DNA from: Dehalococcoidia bacterium
Lineage (GTDB): Bacteria; Chloroflexota; Dehalococcoidia; UBA2979
Assembly: GCA_963667465.2 (NCBI GenBank)
Contig: CAXXDN010000002.1
Coordinates: 768,001-832,000 of the forward strand
DNA: 64,000 bases
Reading direction: 5' to 3'
Shown here: positions 33,066 through 42,295 of the stretch, piece by piece
Layout of the letters: each line of letters starts with the position of its first letter
Position numbering within the stretch: position 1 is the first letter of the stretch
The notes under the pieces: generated by a model
The model's input: only the letters and a program-made list of their open reading frames with translations
Told to the model about the DNA's origin: nothing
Databases searched by the model: none
Program-made: the position numbers and the translations under genes

Positions 33066-33071
33066 ATTGTA
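33066..33071 (-). promoter_or_regulatory. Candidate -10 element (TACAAT) for the giant gene
   Basis: TACAAT on the minus strand in a locally AT-richer patch ~125 nt upstream of ATG 32941. Confidence 0.45.
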
Positions 33072-33209
33072 GCCGCATCCTACGCGATCAGGGAAGCGTC
33101 CGCGTGTCCTCGTGGGAAGATCCCGGCCCCCACCGGCGGCCGGGAGATCGCTGCGCTCGTTGCGGACCGGGACGATTCCGGCGACCCCGGCCGCCTCGTC
33201 CGAAGCCCA

Positions 33210-33690
33210 ACCGGCGGGCGAGCGCGCCAGGAACGCGCCGGCGCTCGACGTGCGGAGCCAGCTCTACCAGCTCACGGGGGTGGACCTGACGCGGATTGAT
33301 GGGGTGGACAAGCACACGGCGCTGACGTTCGTCAGCGAGGTCGGGCTGGACATGAGCGGGAGACCGTGAAGCACTTCGCCTCGTGGTTGGGCCTGTGCCC
33401 GAGAAGCCGCGTCACCGGTGGCACGGTCATCAGCTCCCGGACCCAGCCGTCAGCGAGCCGGGCTGCAGCCGCCCTCGGTCTGGCGGCCTACGGCCTTCCC
33501 GCTCCGACAGCGCGCTCGGGGCGTTCCTGCGGCGGAAGAGGGCGCAGCTGGGGTCGTCGAAGGCCATCACGGCGACGGCTCACAGGCTGGCGCGGATCAG
33601 CTACCTGATGCTGGAGGACGGACACGCCTGCACGGAAGCCGGAGCCGGCTACTGCGAGCAGCCGCCGCCACCCCGGCGTCGCCAGCTTTG
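33210..33690 (+). pseudogene. IS110-family transposase remnant (C-terminal part, frameshifted, no N-terminal DEDD domain)
   Basis: Three frames give consecutive pieces: NAPALDVRSQLYQLTGVDLTRIDGVDKHTALTFVSEVGLDMS / KHFASWLGLCPRSRVTGGTVISSRT..SRAAAAL / SDSALGAFLRRKRAQLGSSKAITATAHRLARISYLML, typical of the IS110/IS116/IS902 C-terminal domain. Confidence 0.85.
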
Positions 33691-33730
33691 ACGCACTGCA
33701 GGGCAGGACAGCGGCAGGCAGCTGGTCCGG

Positions 33731-34549
33731 TCAGGGACGGACGGCGAGAGCGCGGCCGAAGGCCATCCCGGCAACGGCTCCGGGGTCCCGCCACCATTCC
33801 GCCAACTGGCGAGCGATCTCGGTCATCATCTCCGGTGACAGCGCTCCACTCTGCTTCGCGGCGTCCGCTATGCCGCCATCCAGAAACCACTGGCGGATGA
33901 TGGCGTGGTAGAAATCGATCTCGTCGGGAGTGTGGTAGACCTCGAAGGAAGCAGAGATGTCGATGTCCACGAAGCCAGCCCGCCAAAGGTGCAGCTTCAT
34001 GTCCCGGGCGATCTCGGGGTGGCCGCCGTCCGCGGCCAGCAGATCACTGAACGCCTCCAGCGACCGTTGCATCACCCCCAACTCCGGATGGGCGAAACAG
34101 GATCCAAGCATGAGGTCGCGGCAGGCCACCAGGCCCCCCGGCCGCAGCACCCGCTTCACCTCCGCCAATGCCCGGTCGGTGTCGGAGACGTGCAGCAGGA
34201 CGCCGCCCAGATGGACCGCGTCGAAGGAGCCGTCCTCGAAAGGCAGGTCCTCCACGTCGGCTACCTGGAACGCCGCGTTGCGGCAGTCGGCAGCGGCGGT
34301 CACGGCTCGGGCGAGGTCAATCTGCGACGGCTCGATATCAACTCCACGCAGCTCGCCCGGGGCGACGGCCCGGGCCAGTCGCAGCGACAGATGTCCCGCA
34401 CCACAGCCGACGTCCAGCAGCCTTTGCCCGCGCTCCAGATGGGGAATCAGGAAATTCAGGCTCTCCTGCTGGGCGAAGCGCGCCTGGAACCGGCTCATCT
34501 CCTCGCTGTAACCCATGGTGTATACCGAATCTGCTGTGTCCTGTGGCAT
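33731..34549 (-). CDS. Class I SAM-dependent methyltransferase (UbiE-like)
   Basis: Motif I LLDVGCGAG, GVD, ADVEDLPFEDGSFDAV, ALAEVKRVLRPGG; SD-like GGAGG upstream. Confidence 0.9.
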   Translation of the reverse strand: MPQDTADSVYTMGYSEEMSRFQARFAQQESLNFLIPHLERGQRLLDVGCGAGHLSLRLARAVAPGELRGVDIEPSQIDLARAVTAAADCRNAAFQVADVEDLPFEDGSFDAVHLGGVLLHVSDTDRALAEVKRVLRPGGLVACRDLMLGSCFAHPELGVMQRSLEAFSDLLAADGGHPEIARDMKLHLWRAGFVDIDISASFEVYHTPDEIDFYHAIIRQWFLDGGIADAAKQSGALSPEMMTEIARQLAEWWRDPGAVAGMAFGRALAVRP

Positions 34550-34608
34550 TTCCCGCGTACACCTCCCTGTGCTGACTTTGCATGCGGACGCCGTGGCGGC
34601 GGCGAGTT

Positions 34609-35052
34609 CTACCCTGATCTTGACCGTGCATCCAGGCTGTCCAGTATGGCCGCGATGACTTCCACGGCCTGCTGGAACCGGTCCGGGGGAATTCCTCGCG
34701 CCAGATCTTCCGCCAGTTCCCGAAGGGGCTGCTCCAACTGCCGCGCCAGTTCCTCGCCCTCCCTGGTGACCCGCAGGGTCACGTTTCGCCGGTCGGTCCG
34801 CGAGCGGCGCCGGGTAATCAGCTGCTTCTCGTAGAGGCGCTGCGCCGTCCGGCTGATCAGCGACTGCTCCAGGGTCACGCGTGAACCGACGTCGACCGGG
34901 TTCATGGGGCCTTGTTCCACCAGTGTAACGAGCACGCGGTATTCGGACGGCGAGATCCCGGAGGACACCAGCACCGCCGCCCAGCGCCGCTCCACCAGGA
35001 GACCCACGTCCGCGAGCTGCAGGGGCAAGGTCACGTTCACGTTTTCAGACAT
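34609..35052 (-). CDS. MarR-family transcriptional regulator
   Basis: GISPSEYRVLVTL..SLISRTAQRLYEKQLITR.RS.TDRRNVTLRVTREG winged helix-turn-helix; SD GGAG upstream. Confidence 0.9.
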   Translation of the reverse strand: MSENVNVTLPLQLADVGLLVERRWAAVLVSSGISPSEYRVLVTLVEQGPMNPVDVGSRVTLEQSLISRTAQRLYEKQLITRRRSRTDRRNVTLRVTREGEELARQLEQPLRELAEDLARGIPPDRFQQAVEVIAAILDSLDARSRSG

Positions 35053-35084
35053 GGATGGACTCCCCGGGGGGAGGGGGAGCGCTT

Positions 35085-35093
35085 ACTATATCA
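35085..35093 (-). promoter_or_regulatory. Extended -10 promoter (TGaTATAGT) for marR-methyltransferase
   Basis: TGnTATAGT ~33 nt upstream of the marR ATG in an AT-rich intergenic stretch. Confidence 0.55.
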
Positions 35094-35400
35094 TTTGTTC
35101 TGCAATCGCGCTGATTGATAAAAGTGCTATGTCCTCATACGTAATGGCACTCGTGACTGTGGCATTGATTGTATGGCCTTCACTGGACTCGCACAATTCA
35201 AATCGCCAGCCAGCACCCGTGGCCGTCGTAACGATTTGCCGTCAGGACTCAAGGCGGGAGCCGGATGCGTTAGCCGCACGTCCGAATCCGTGCGGGGGGC
35301 GCCGGCAACCGGCGTCCCTACCGCGAACCCGTAGCGACCGCACGATGTGCGGGGCGATCTTCGGGCAGCAAGCGTTGGCCGGGCGGAAGCCTCTCAGCGG

Positions 35401-38400
35401 TCACGAGCATCGCCGGACGGATGCAATGATGAGATCGAAATTCGCGTTGACGTCGAAGGTCGTGAGGGCCTGTTGATGGCTCTGCTGGAGCGCTGCGATG
35501 TCCTCTGCTGAGTCACCTTCGTCCCGTAGCGCCTGGAGTGCGTCCGCTTGCTGATCGACGAGCGCTTGCCGATCAATGGCCTGCTGAGCCCGCAGGGCGG
35601 CGAGGCGCTGCTGGATCACCTCGTCCGGCGGATCGCATTCGGCGGTAGGAGTCGGCGTAGGCGTCGACGTAGGTGTGGGCGTAGGTGCGGGCGTTTCCGG
35701 CCGGTCTCGAGGGCGCACCGCGGTCCGCTCTACCTCCGCAGCGATGACCGTGAAGCGGCTGCTGTCGCCGCGTCCGAAGACGTCCGGGAAGTAGCTCTCC
35801 TCGGCGCGCGCGGGGGCGACAAAAAAGTCACCGGGCGTCGTCGCCCGCGCATAGTAGACGTACTCGTGCACTCCTCGAGGCAGGCGCGTGGCCAGCAGCA
35901 CCACCCGGTCGTCACGGAGGTCCACCTGGTCCCACGGGCTCCAGTACCAGCGGTACCAGGGCGCGGAGTACGCCGGCGCAGCGCCGGGCAGCGCCTCCGC
36001 GCGATCCGCTTCCAGCCGCTCGCGCAGATAGGGCGCGACGATGTTCAACTGCGGGTCGATCGGCTCGAGGCCGGCCGGCAGGGAGTCCTCGACCCTGGCG
36101 AAGAGGCGATCCGCGGGCGCGGCGACCGTCACGACGACACGCACCACGTCGCCGATGGAAGCGCTCGTGATGGGCGTGCCGGGGTCGTCCAGCAGCGAGT
36201 AGCGGCGCGAGACGGCAAAGCCGCGGTTCAGCGCCTCGACGGCTTGCGCCGGCGTGACGTAGCGCAGGTTGAGCCCGTAGTAGAGCCGCCCGGCGCTAGC
36301 AGCCTCGCGGTCGAACTGCACCCGGCTGACCTCGCCCGGCGGCAGGTCCGCGAGGGCGACCGCGGCGGCGTCGAGGTAGTCGCCGGCCGGCACGTCAAAG
36401 TCGCCGTCGAGCACCCGCGTGGTGTTGACCAGCACCGAGTAGTCGTAGACGCCGCGCGTCTCGCCGGTCAGCTCGGCGTAGGCGCCGAGCGAGGCCATGC
36501 CCTGTGCGCGCTCGACGTCGGTCTTCCAGCGGTTGACCGAGCGGGCGTAGGCGAGCCAGCGCGCGGTCTCCTCGAGCAGCGGGTGCGACGGGTCGACCTC
36601 GGTGAGGGCGCGCAGCACGATCGCGGTGGTCCGCACGCTGCCGTTGTGCATGCTGCCCGCGATGCGTTCGTCCTCCCAGTGGTTGCCGTTGGCGCTGGCG
36701 ATGGTGTTGGCCGTGAGGTCGTTGAGCAGCGCGCGCGCGGCCTCGTGGTCGCGCTCGTGGCCACTTCCGATGAGGCCGAGCAGCAGGTAGGCGCGCCCCC
36801 AGTTCGTGAGGTCCGCGCGGTGCTGCTCGAAGATCGCGAGCACCCTGCCGGCCTGCTCGCGCGAGCGCGCGCTGACCTCGCGCCCCTCGTTCGAGGCGTC
36901 AACGAGCGCGTAGAGCAGGAAGGCGTGCTGGTTGGCGTCGGCCGGACGCTCGACGTCGGTCGTGCGGTCCAGGTACTCCGTGACCGCGCGAGTGGCCCGC
37001 GACAGCGCCCCGTCGGGAACCGTCTCAGCGGTGTCCCGGGCCTCGCCGAGCGCCAGCAGCACCCAGCCGCTGACCCAGGCGTCCTGCTCGCAGACGCCGC
37101 ACCAGCTCCACCAGCCGTGGTACTCCTGCTCGCCGACCAGCGTCCTCACGTCGGCCGTGAGCTGGGCCCGCTCAGTCTGGTCCAGACCATCCGGCGTCGC
37201 ACGCTCCACGGCGACAGAGGCGATGACGCGGCTCGCGATGCGCACGGGCCACTCGGTCCAGCGCAGGTAGGGCTTGAAGTAGTCCAGCTCCTCGTCGAGC
37301 GCGCCGACCAGCGAGCCCTGTAGCGACAGCTCCAGCGAGCCGCTGCCCGTGATCACGTAGTCCGGCAGGTACACCGCCTCGATAGCCGGTACGTCCTCGA
37401 CGACGCCGCCGGTCGCCGTCGTCTCCGGGGTCACGTCGAGGTGCACGGGCAGGCTGATCTCGACGGCGTCGCCGTAGCTATCCGTGACGGCGCGGAAGCG
37501 CACCGTCGCCGCGCCCTCGGCGAGGACGCGGGCGGGCCAACCGAAGATCGCCGAGTCGCCGGGTTCGATCGTCATCGTGCGCGCGGCATCGTCGTCGAGG
37601 GTCACGCCCTCGGCCTCGACGGTGACGGTCACCTCGCGCGCCGTGTCCGTACCGTTGCGCACGAGCGTGCGCAGCGTGACGGAGTCGCCGACGCGCAGGA
37701 AGCGCGGCAGCGCGGGGCGCACGAGCAGCGGCTGCGTCACCCGCAGCTCGCTCTCGCCCTCGCCGACTTGCGTCTCGGCCGTCACGGCGCGGGCGAGCGC
37801 TCGCCAGGTGGTGGTGTTGTCCGGCAGATGCAGCTCGAAACTGGCCTTGCCTCCCTCGTCCGTGGTGAGTTGCTCGATCCAGAGCGCCGTGTTCTGGAAG
37901 TCCGAGCGCACAGGCGCGTCGGCGCCGCTCTCTGCCACGGGCGCGGGGGCGATCACCGCGTCTTCCGCCCCGGACATACCCGTGTCTGGATGCTCCGGCG
38001 GTAGGGATGGCCCGGCGGGTGACCGGTTCTTCGCCCGGCCGTCGCCCGTGGCTTCTTCGCCCTCCCCGGCCTCGCGGTAGGCCTCGTTCCAGCGGTCGAC
38101 GAGGACGGCGAGCGACGAGGCGGTACGGACGCCAAGCCCACGCTCGTACCAGAACCAGTCCAGCCCGTTCGCCCCAGGCTCGTCCGCCAGCGCGAGCACA
38201 GCCTTGTCGACGATCGCGACCGCGAGATCGGCCTCGACGCCGCGGCCTTCCGCATCGGTCACGGTGACGTCGTAACGTACCGTTTCGCCAGCCAGGGCCT
38301 GCGTGCGGTCCGGCTCGATGCGCACATCAAGGCTCCGCGGCGCCGTCGAGACGGAGAGTTCGATGTTGCCAACGAGGTAGCGCGGGTAGGGATCGTCAGC

Positions 38401-41400
38401 GGTCGGCGGGCGATAGAGCACGACACCCACGTAGATGTTGGGGATATGCGCGTCCTCGATCGGGATGCGCAGCACCTCGCTGTTCGTCTCGAAGCTGCGC
38501 ACCTCGCTGCTCAGCACGCGCCCGCGCTCGATGGTGACGAGGGCGGTGGCGCCCGCGAACGGCGCCGGCACGAGCACCTCGGCCACGTCGCCGACCTCGT
38601 ACTCCTCACGGTCGGCGATGAGCTCGATGATGTCGTCGTCGCGCACCGGCCACGGCGCGTAGTCCGGGCCACTCACCCAGAGGGCGCGGGCAGAGCGCGC
38701 GACACGTTCACGCTCGTCGAGCGACTCCGCCACGAGCCGGTACGAGCCGGACTTCGGCGGGGTGAACGTCAGCGCTGCCTCGCCAGCCTCGTTCGTCGTG
38801 GCGGAGAGCACCTCGATCTCCGTCTCGCGCAGCTCATAGCGGTAGGAGTAGCCGCCGTGGTCCGCCCGCTCCTTCGAACGCACCCACTCGCGCTCGACTA
38901 CACGGACCGTCATGGGCCGGTTCGGCGCGATGCGGCTCTCGAAGTCGACCGTCACGAGGTGGATGGTCTCCGGCTCTCCGGCCCTGGCGATGTAGGACTC
39001 GGTCTTGATGCCGGCGTACCACGTGGCGGGGTGGACGGTGACCGCGGTGCTGTTCCCCACGGCCTGCCCGTTCGCGTCTGTCACGGTCGCGCTGATCGTG
39101 AACCGCTGGGTGCCCTCGTCCTGCTCGAGCCTGGCGGGAACCTCGAAGCGTGCGCTGCCGGAGGCGTCCGTACGCGTCTCGCCTTCGCCCCGCAACGGAT
39201 CAGCGCGGTCGGGGGTTCGGTAGTAGTAGTCGTACTCCGAGAACGAGTAGTCCTCGTAGCCCTCGACGCGGATCGAAGTGGGCCACGCCAGCGCGGACCA
39301 CTTGACAGCGGCGTCCGCCACGGCGCCGCCGAAGTAGAAGCTCGCCGCTACCTCGGCCGAGATCGCGTCAGCAGCGAGGTAGTCCGTTCCCGCCGCCTCC
39401 ACGGTGACCTCGAACTCCGGCGCGCGGAACTCCGCCACCGTGAAGGGAATCGAGGCCACCACGCGGCCGTGACCATCGAGCACGGACACCGCGTACCTAC
39501 CCGTGGCGGCGTTGCCGGGGAGCACGAACTCGCCCGCGAGAGCCCCGAACTCATCGAGCTCGGACGTTGTGTCGAGCAGGTCCTCCCAGCGTGGATCCCG
39601 GATCCGGATGGTGACCTCGGTGCCCGGTCCTGGCACGGCTAACGACGCGTCGTCGTCGTCCCGCACGACGGCCTTGTAGTAGACGGTCTCGCCGGGGCGG
39701 TAGATCGGCCGGTCGCTGTACAGGTGGCCGACCGAGCTGGGGAAGTACGATGAAGCCCCCAGCTGTGAGGGTGAAGCTCCCGCATCCCACCACGTAGCCG
39801 CCACGCCGCTGCGTCCGTCCTCCTCGATCCGCACGAGGTGGTTTCCGTACGGCCTCCAGTAGCTCGAGTAGGAGTCACTGGTGGCCGTGACGGCGAACCG
39901 CGCCAGTCCGTCGCTGTCGGTGTCGGCGGCCTGGTAGGGGCTCGCTGGCGGGTTCTCGAGCGGGGCGGTGTTCACCGTGACGCCGCTGAGCGGGTTGCCG
40001 GTCTCGTAGTCGAGCGCCCAGACGATCAACTCGTCGAACGCGAGCTTGGTGACGATCGCCGTGTCGACGACGCTGAGCACCAGCTTCCGCGGGTACCACC
40101 ACTGCGCCTCGGGGTGGTCGACCGCGAGGAAGTAGTGGCCCCTGGGCAGCGGTTCGCCCTCGCTCAGGCCCGTCGAGTAGACGCGCGAGGCGTCGCGCAA
40201 CTCCGCGTCGATCTGCTCGCTCCAGCTGCGTATCGGATTGCTGGCGGGAGTGAACTCCTCCCAGCCGTCGGAGCGCCATCCGTCGATGAAGCCGCTGCGG
40301 AGCAGGATCTCAGCCTCGGCGTCCGCGAGACGGTAGAGCCGGAAGCGAGCCTCTTCCACGGCCAGCGCGTGGTAGTACAGCACCTGTGGATCGGCCGCCG
40401 CGAAGGTGACGAAGCTGCCCGGGGCCGCCGGGTTCACCCGCGGGTTCACGGTCTCCGCCTCCGTGGTGAACGAGAACTCGTAGGCGGGAACCGCCCGCCC
40501 CCCGCGATCACGTGCGCCTGCCGCGAGGCGCACGGTGTACTTCGTCGCGGGCTCGAGTCGGACGTCCACGCTCACTATCCCGCGGCCCCAGCTGTAGGGC
40601 GAGACCACGATGTCATCGGGTTCGATGCCACTGATCGAGACGCGGCCTTCGAAGGATTCGAAGTCCATCGGGTTGTTGTATTCGAGGGTGATGTCGTACC
40701 GCCAAGCGTCGCTCTCACCGTCCAGCGGCCGCGTGCGTATCAGCCGCGGCGGCTCCACCACGGTGAAGCGAGCGATCCGGTGCGACTGGATGCCGCCGCC
40801 CGCAGCGCCGCGCAGCCCGAGCGGCGCTTCCAGCCTGTACGCGACGCCGAGCGCCAGCGGCTGGTCAGGCATGAGCGTGACCACGCTGTCGCCCTCGCTC
40901 CAGGCGAACGAGGACGCAACGGCGGAGCCGCTCTCGACGCGCAGCTTGAGGCCCGCCTCGACCGAGGCGCGGTCCATCGGCTGGTTGAAGGTGACGACGA
41001 ACGGCCCGTCCGGCTCGACGAACTTCGAGCCGTCACTCGGCTTGAAGCGCGTGATCGCGGGCTGGATCGTCGCGAAGCTCCACTCGAAGTCGGACTGGAG
41101 GACGCCGTCGGCGGCCGAGGTGAGCCCAGCGGGGATGCGCACGCGATACTGAGTGCTGGGCGGCAGCCCCGTGCTCGGCGTGAAGCGGTAGAGCGATGTG
41201 TTGAGCCATTCGCCCTTGCCCGCGATCTGCGGGTCGAACTCCAGCACCGGCGGCGCTTCGCCCTCCTGGAGCACGGTCAGCGCCGCGACCGAGCGGTTGA
41301 ACTGCACGAGGATCTGCGCCTCCGCAGGCACCTCGCGATCCCCATCTCCGGGGATGACGTAGGTCACCTCCAGCCCGCCGGAGACGGTGAACGCGTGCAC

Positions 41401-42099
41401 GTGGTCCTCGGAGAGCCCTGCCGCCGCAGCGTCCACGCGCAGCTCGTAGCGCTTCCCGCGTTCCCAGCCCGGGTAGGCGGGCTGGTACAGCAGCGTGCGA
41501 TTGTCGGCCCAGACGAACGAGCCCTCGACGGGCGGGGCGATCGAAACGAGGGCGGCGCCGTCCGCCTCGGACGGCGGAACGCGGAAGGCGATCGTCGCGA
41601 CCGCGAGCCGCGGCACTTCCGTGCCGCCAGGCGAGACGGCCACCGGGCGCGGAAGCTCGTCGAGGGGCACCACAATCCTCAGGTTTCCGTAGCGGAAGCG
41701 CCCGTCGAGGCTGTGGCCATCGTCGAGTTGGAGCGGGCCCGGATCGAGCCACTCGCCGCCTGTCCGGCGGGCGCTGACGGAGACGGACATGGGATCGCCG
41801 ACGCCCTGCCAGACGCGCAGCTCGACGCCGCCGACGGTGATGTCACCGTAGCGAAGGCTACCGTCGTCGCTCTTCCCGCTCTGCGGGAGCGGAATCGTTC
41901 CGAGCGCGCCCCAGTCGCCGCCCTCGGGGCGGGCACTGACCAGGAGCGACTGCGGGTAGAGCACGTCCTGCCAGACGCGCAACTCGAGGACGGCGCTGTC
42001 GTCGCCGCTGGCGCTCGCGCTTCGCGCTCCGTCCGGGCTGCTCGTGGCCGCCAGCGCAGCCAGGAGCAGCGTGCTCAGCACGACGGCGAGTAGTCTCAC
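35401..42099 (-). CDS. Bacterial alpha-2-macroglobulin family protein with N-terminal Ig-like (Big_5-type) domains; no thioester motif
   Basis: Signal peptide; Ig-like repeats (VQFNRSV, VTFNQPMDRASV, YNNPMD); MG2 motif YSDRPIYRPGETV; VAEFRAPEFEV; VRSDFQNTALW; LPDNTTTW; PALPRFLRVGD; C-terminal RATTPGDFFVAPARAEESYFPDVFGR. Confidence 0.92.
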   Translation of the reverse strand: MRLLAVVLSTLLLAALAATSSPDGARSASASGDDSAVLELRVWQDVLYPQSLLVSARPEGGDWGALGTIPLPQSGKSDDGSLRYGDITVGGVELRVWQGVGDPMSVSVSARRTGGEWLDPGPLQLDDGHSLDGRFRYGNLRIVVPLDELPRPVAVSPGGTEVPRLAVATIAFRVPPSEADGAALVSIAPPVEGSFVWADNRTLLYQPAYPGWERGKRYELRVDAAAAGLSEDHVHAFTVSGGLEVTYVIPGDGDREVPAEAQILVQFNRSVAALTVLQEGEAPPVLEFDPQIAGKGEWLNTSLYRFTPSTGLPPSTQYRVRIPAGLTSAADGVLQSDFEWSFATIQPAITRFKPSDGSKFVEPDGPFVVTFNQPMDRASVEAGLKLRVESGSAVASSFAWSEGDSVVTLMPDQPLALGVAYRLEAPLGLRGAAGGGIQSHRIARFTVVEPPRLIRTRPLDGESDAWRYDITLEYNNPMDFESFEGRVSISGIEPDDIVVSPYSWGRGIVSVDVRLEPATKYTVRLAAGARDRGGRAVPAYEFSFTTEAETVNPRVNPAAPGSFVTFAAADPQVLYYHALAVEEARFRLYRLADAEAEILLRSGFIDGWRSDGWEEFTPASNPIRSWSEQIDAELRDASRVYSTGLSEGEPLPRGHYFLAVDHPEAQWWYPRKLVLSVVDTAIVTKLAFDELIVWALDYETGNPLSGVTVNTAPLENPPASPYQAADTDSDGLARFAVTATSDSYSSYWRPYGNHLVRIEEDGRSGVAATWWDAGASPSQLGASSYFPSSVGHLYSDRPIYRPGETVYYKAVVRDDDDASLAVPGPGTEVTIRIRDPRWEDLLDTTSELDEFGALAGEFVLPGNAATGRYAVSVLDGHGRVVASIPFTVAEFRAPEFEVTVEAAGTDYLAADAISAEVAASFYFGGAVADAAVKWSALAWPTSIRVEGYEDYSFSEYDYYYRTPDRADPLRGEGETRTDASGSARFEVPARLEQDEGTQRFTISATVTDANGQAVGNSTAVTVHPATWYAGIKTESYIARAGEPETIHLVTVDFESRIAPNRPMTVRVVEREWVRSKERADHGGYSYRYELRETEIEVLSATTNEAGEAALTFTPPKSGSYRLVAESLDERERVARSARALWVSGPDYAPWPVRDDDIIELIADREEYEVGDVAEVLVPAPFAGATALVTIERGRVLSSEVRSFETNSEVLRIPIEDAHIPNIYVGVVLYRPPTADDPYPRYLVGNIELSVSTAPRSLDVRIEPDRTQALAGETVRYDVTVTDAEGRGVEADLAVAIVDKAVLALADEPGANGLDWFWYERGLGVRTASSLAVLVDRWNEAYREAGEGEEATGDGRAKNRSPAGPSLPPEHPDTGMSGAEDAVIAPAPVAESGADAPVRSDFQNTALWIEQLTTDEGGKASFELHLPDNTTTWRALARAVTAETQVGEGESELRVTQPLLVRPALPRFLRVGDSVTLRTLVRNGTDTAREVTVTVEAEGVTLDDDAARTMTIEPGDSAIFGWPARVLAEGAATVRFRAVTDSYGDAVEISLPVHLDVTPETTATGGVVEDVPAIEAVYLPDYVITGSGSLELSLQGSLVGALDEELDYFKPYLRWTEWPVRIASRVIASVAVERATPDGLDQTERAQLTADVRTLVGEQEYHGWWSWCGVCEQDAWVSGWVLLALGEARDTAETVPDGALSRATRAVTEYLDRTTDVERPADANQHAFLLYALVDASNEGREVSARSREQAGRVLAIFEQHRADLTNWGRAYLLLGLIGSGHERDHEAARALLNDLTANTIASANGNHWEDERIAGSMHNGSVRTTAIVLRALTEVDPSHPLLEETARWLAYARSVNRWKTDVERAQGMASLGAYAELTGETRGVYDYSVLVNTTRVLDGDFDVPAGDYLDAAAVALADLPPGEVSRVQFDREAASAGRLYYGLNLRYVTPAQAVEALNRGFAVSRRYSLLDDPGTPITSASIGDVVRVVVTVAAPADRLFARVEDSLPAGLEPIDPQLNIVAPYLRERLEADRAEALPGAAPAYSAPWYRWYWSPWDQVDLRDDRVVLLATRLPRGVHEYVYYARATTPGDFFVAPARAEESYFPDVFGRGDSSRFTVIAAEVERTAVRPRDRPETPAPTPTPTSTPTPTPTAECDPPDEVIQQRLAALRAQQAIDRQALVDQQADALQALRDEGDSAEDIAALQQSHQQALTTFDVNANFDLIIASVRRCS

Positions 42100-42295
42100 G
42101 GGTACTTCTGCACCGACACCGAGGGTGGCGCGGCCTCACCGCAGGTGTGAGCATCCCCACGAGCGAACCGGCGCCCCGTGGACGTCTCAGACAATCTATG
42201 CCTGTTCTTCTTCTTGTTGCGGCGGCGCATCACCGCCATCAGCCGCTTGACGGACGCTATTTCGTACTTCACCAACTCCGGCGCGATGTTCACCA

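Noticed and set aside
37085-37102. CGVCEQ as a relocated A2M thioester
   Set aside because: Spacing is not CxEQ and the position does not match the thioester loop.
35548-42093. Long plus-strand ORFs opposite the A2M gene (591 and 751 aa)
   Set aside because: Antisense shadows with no recognisable motifs.
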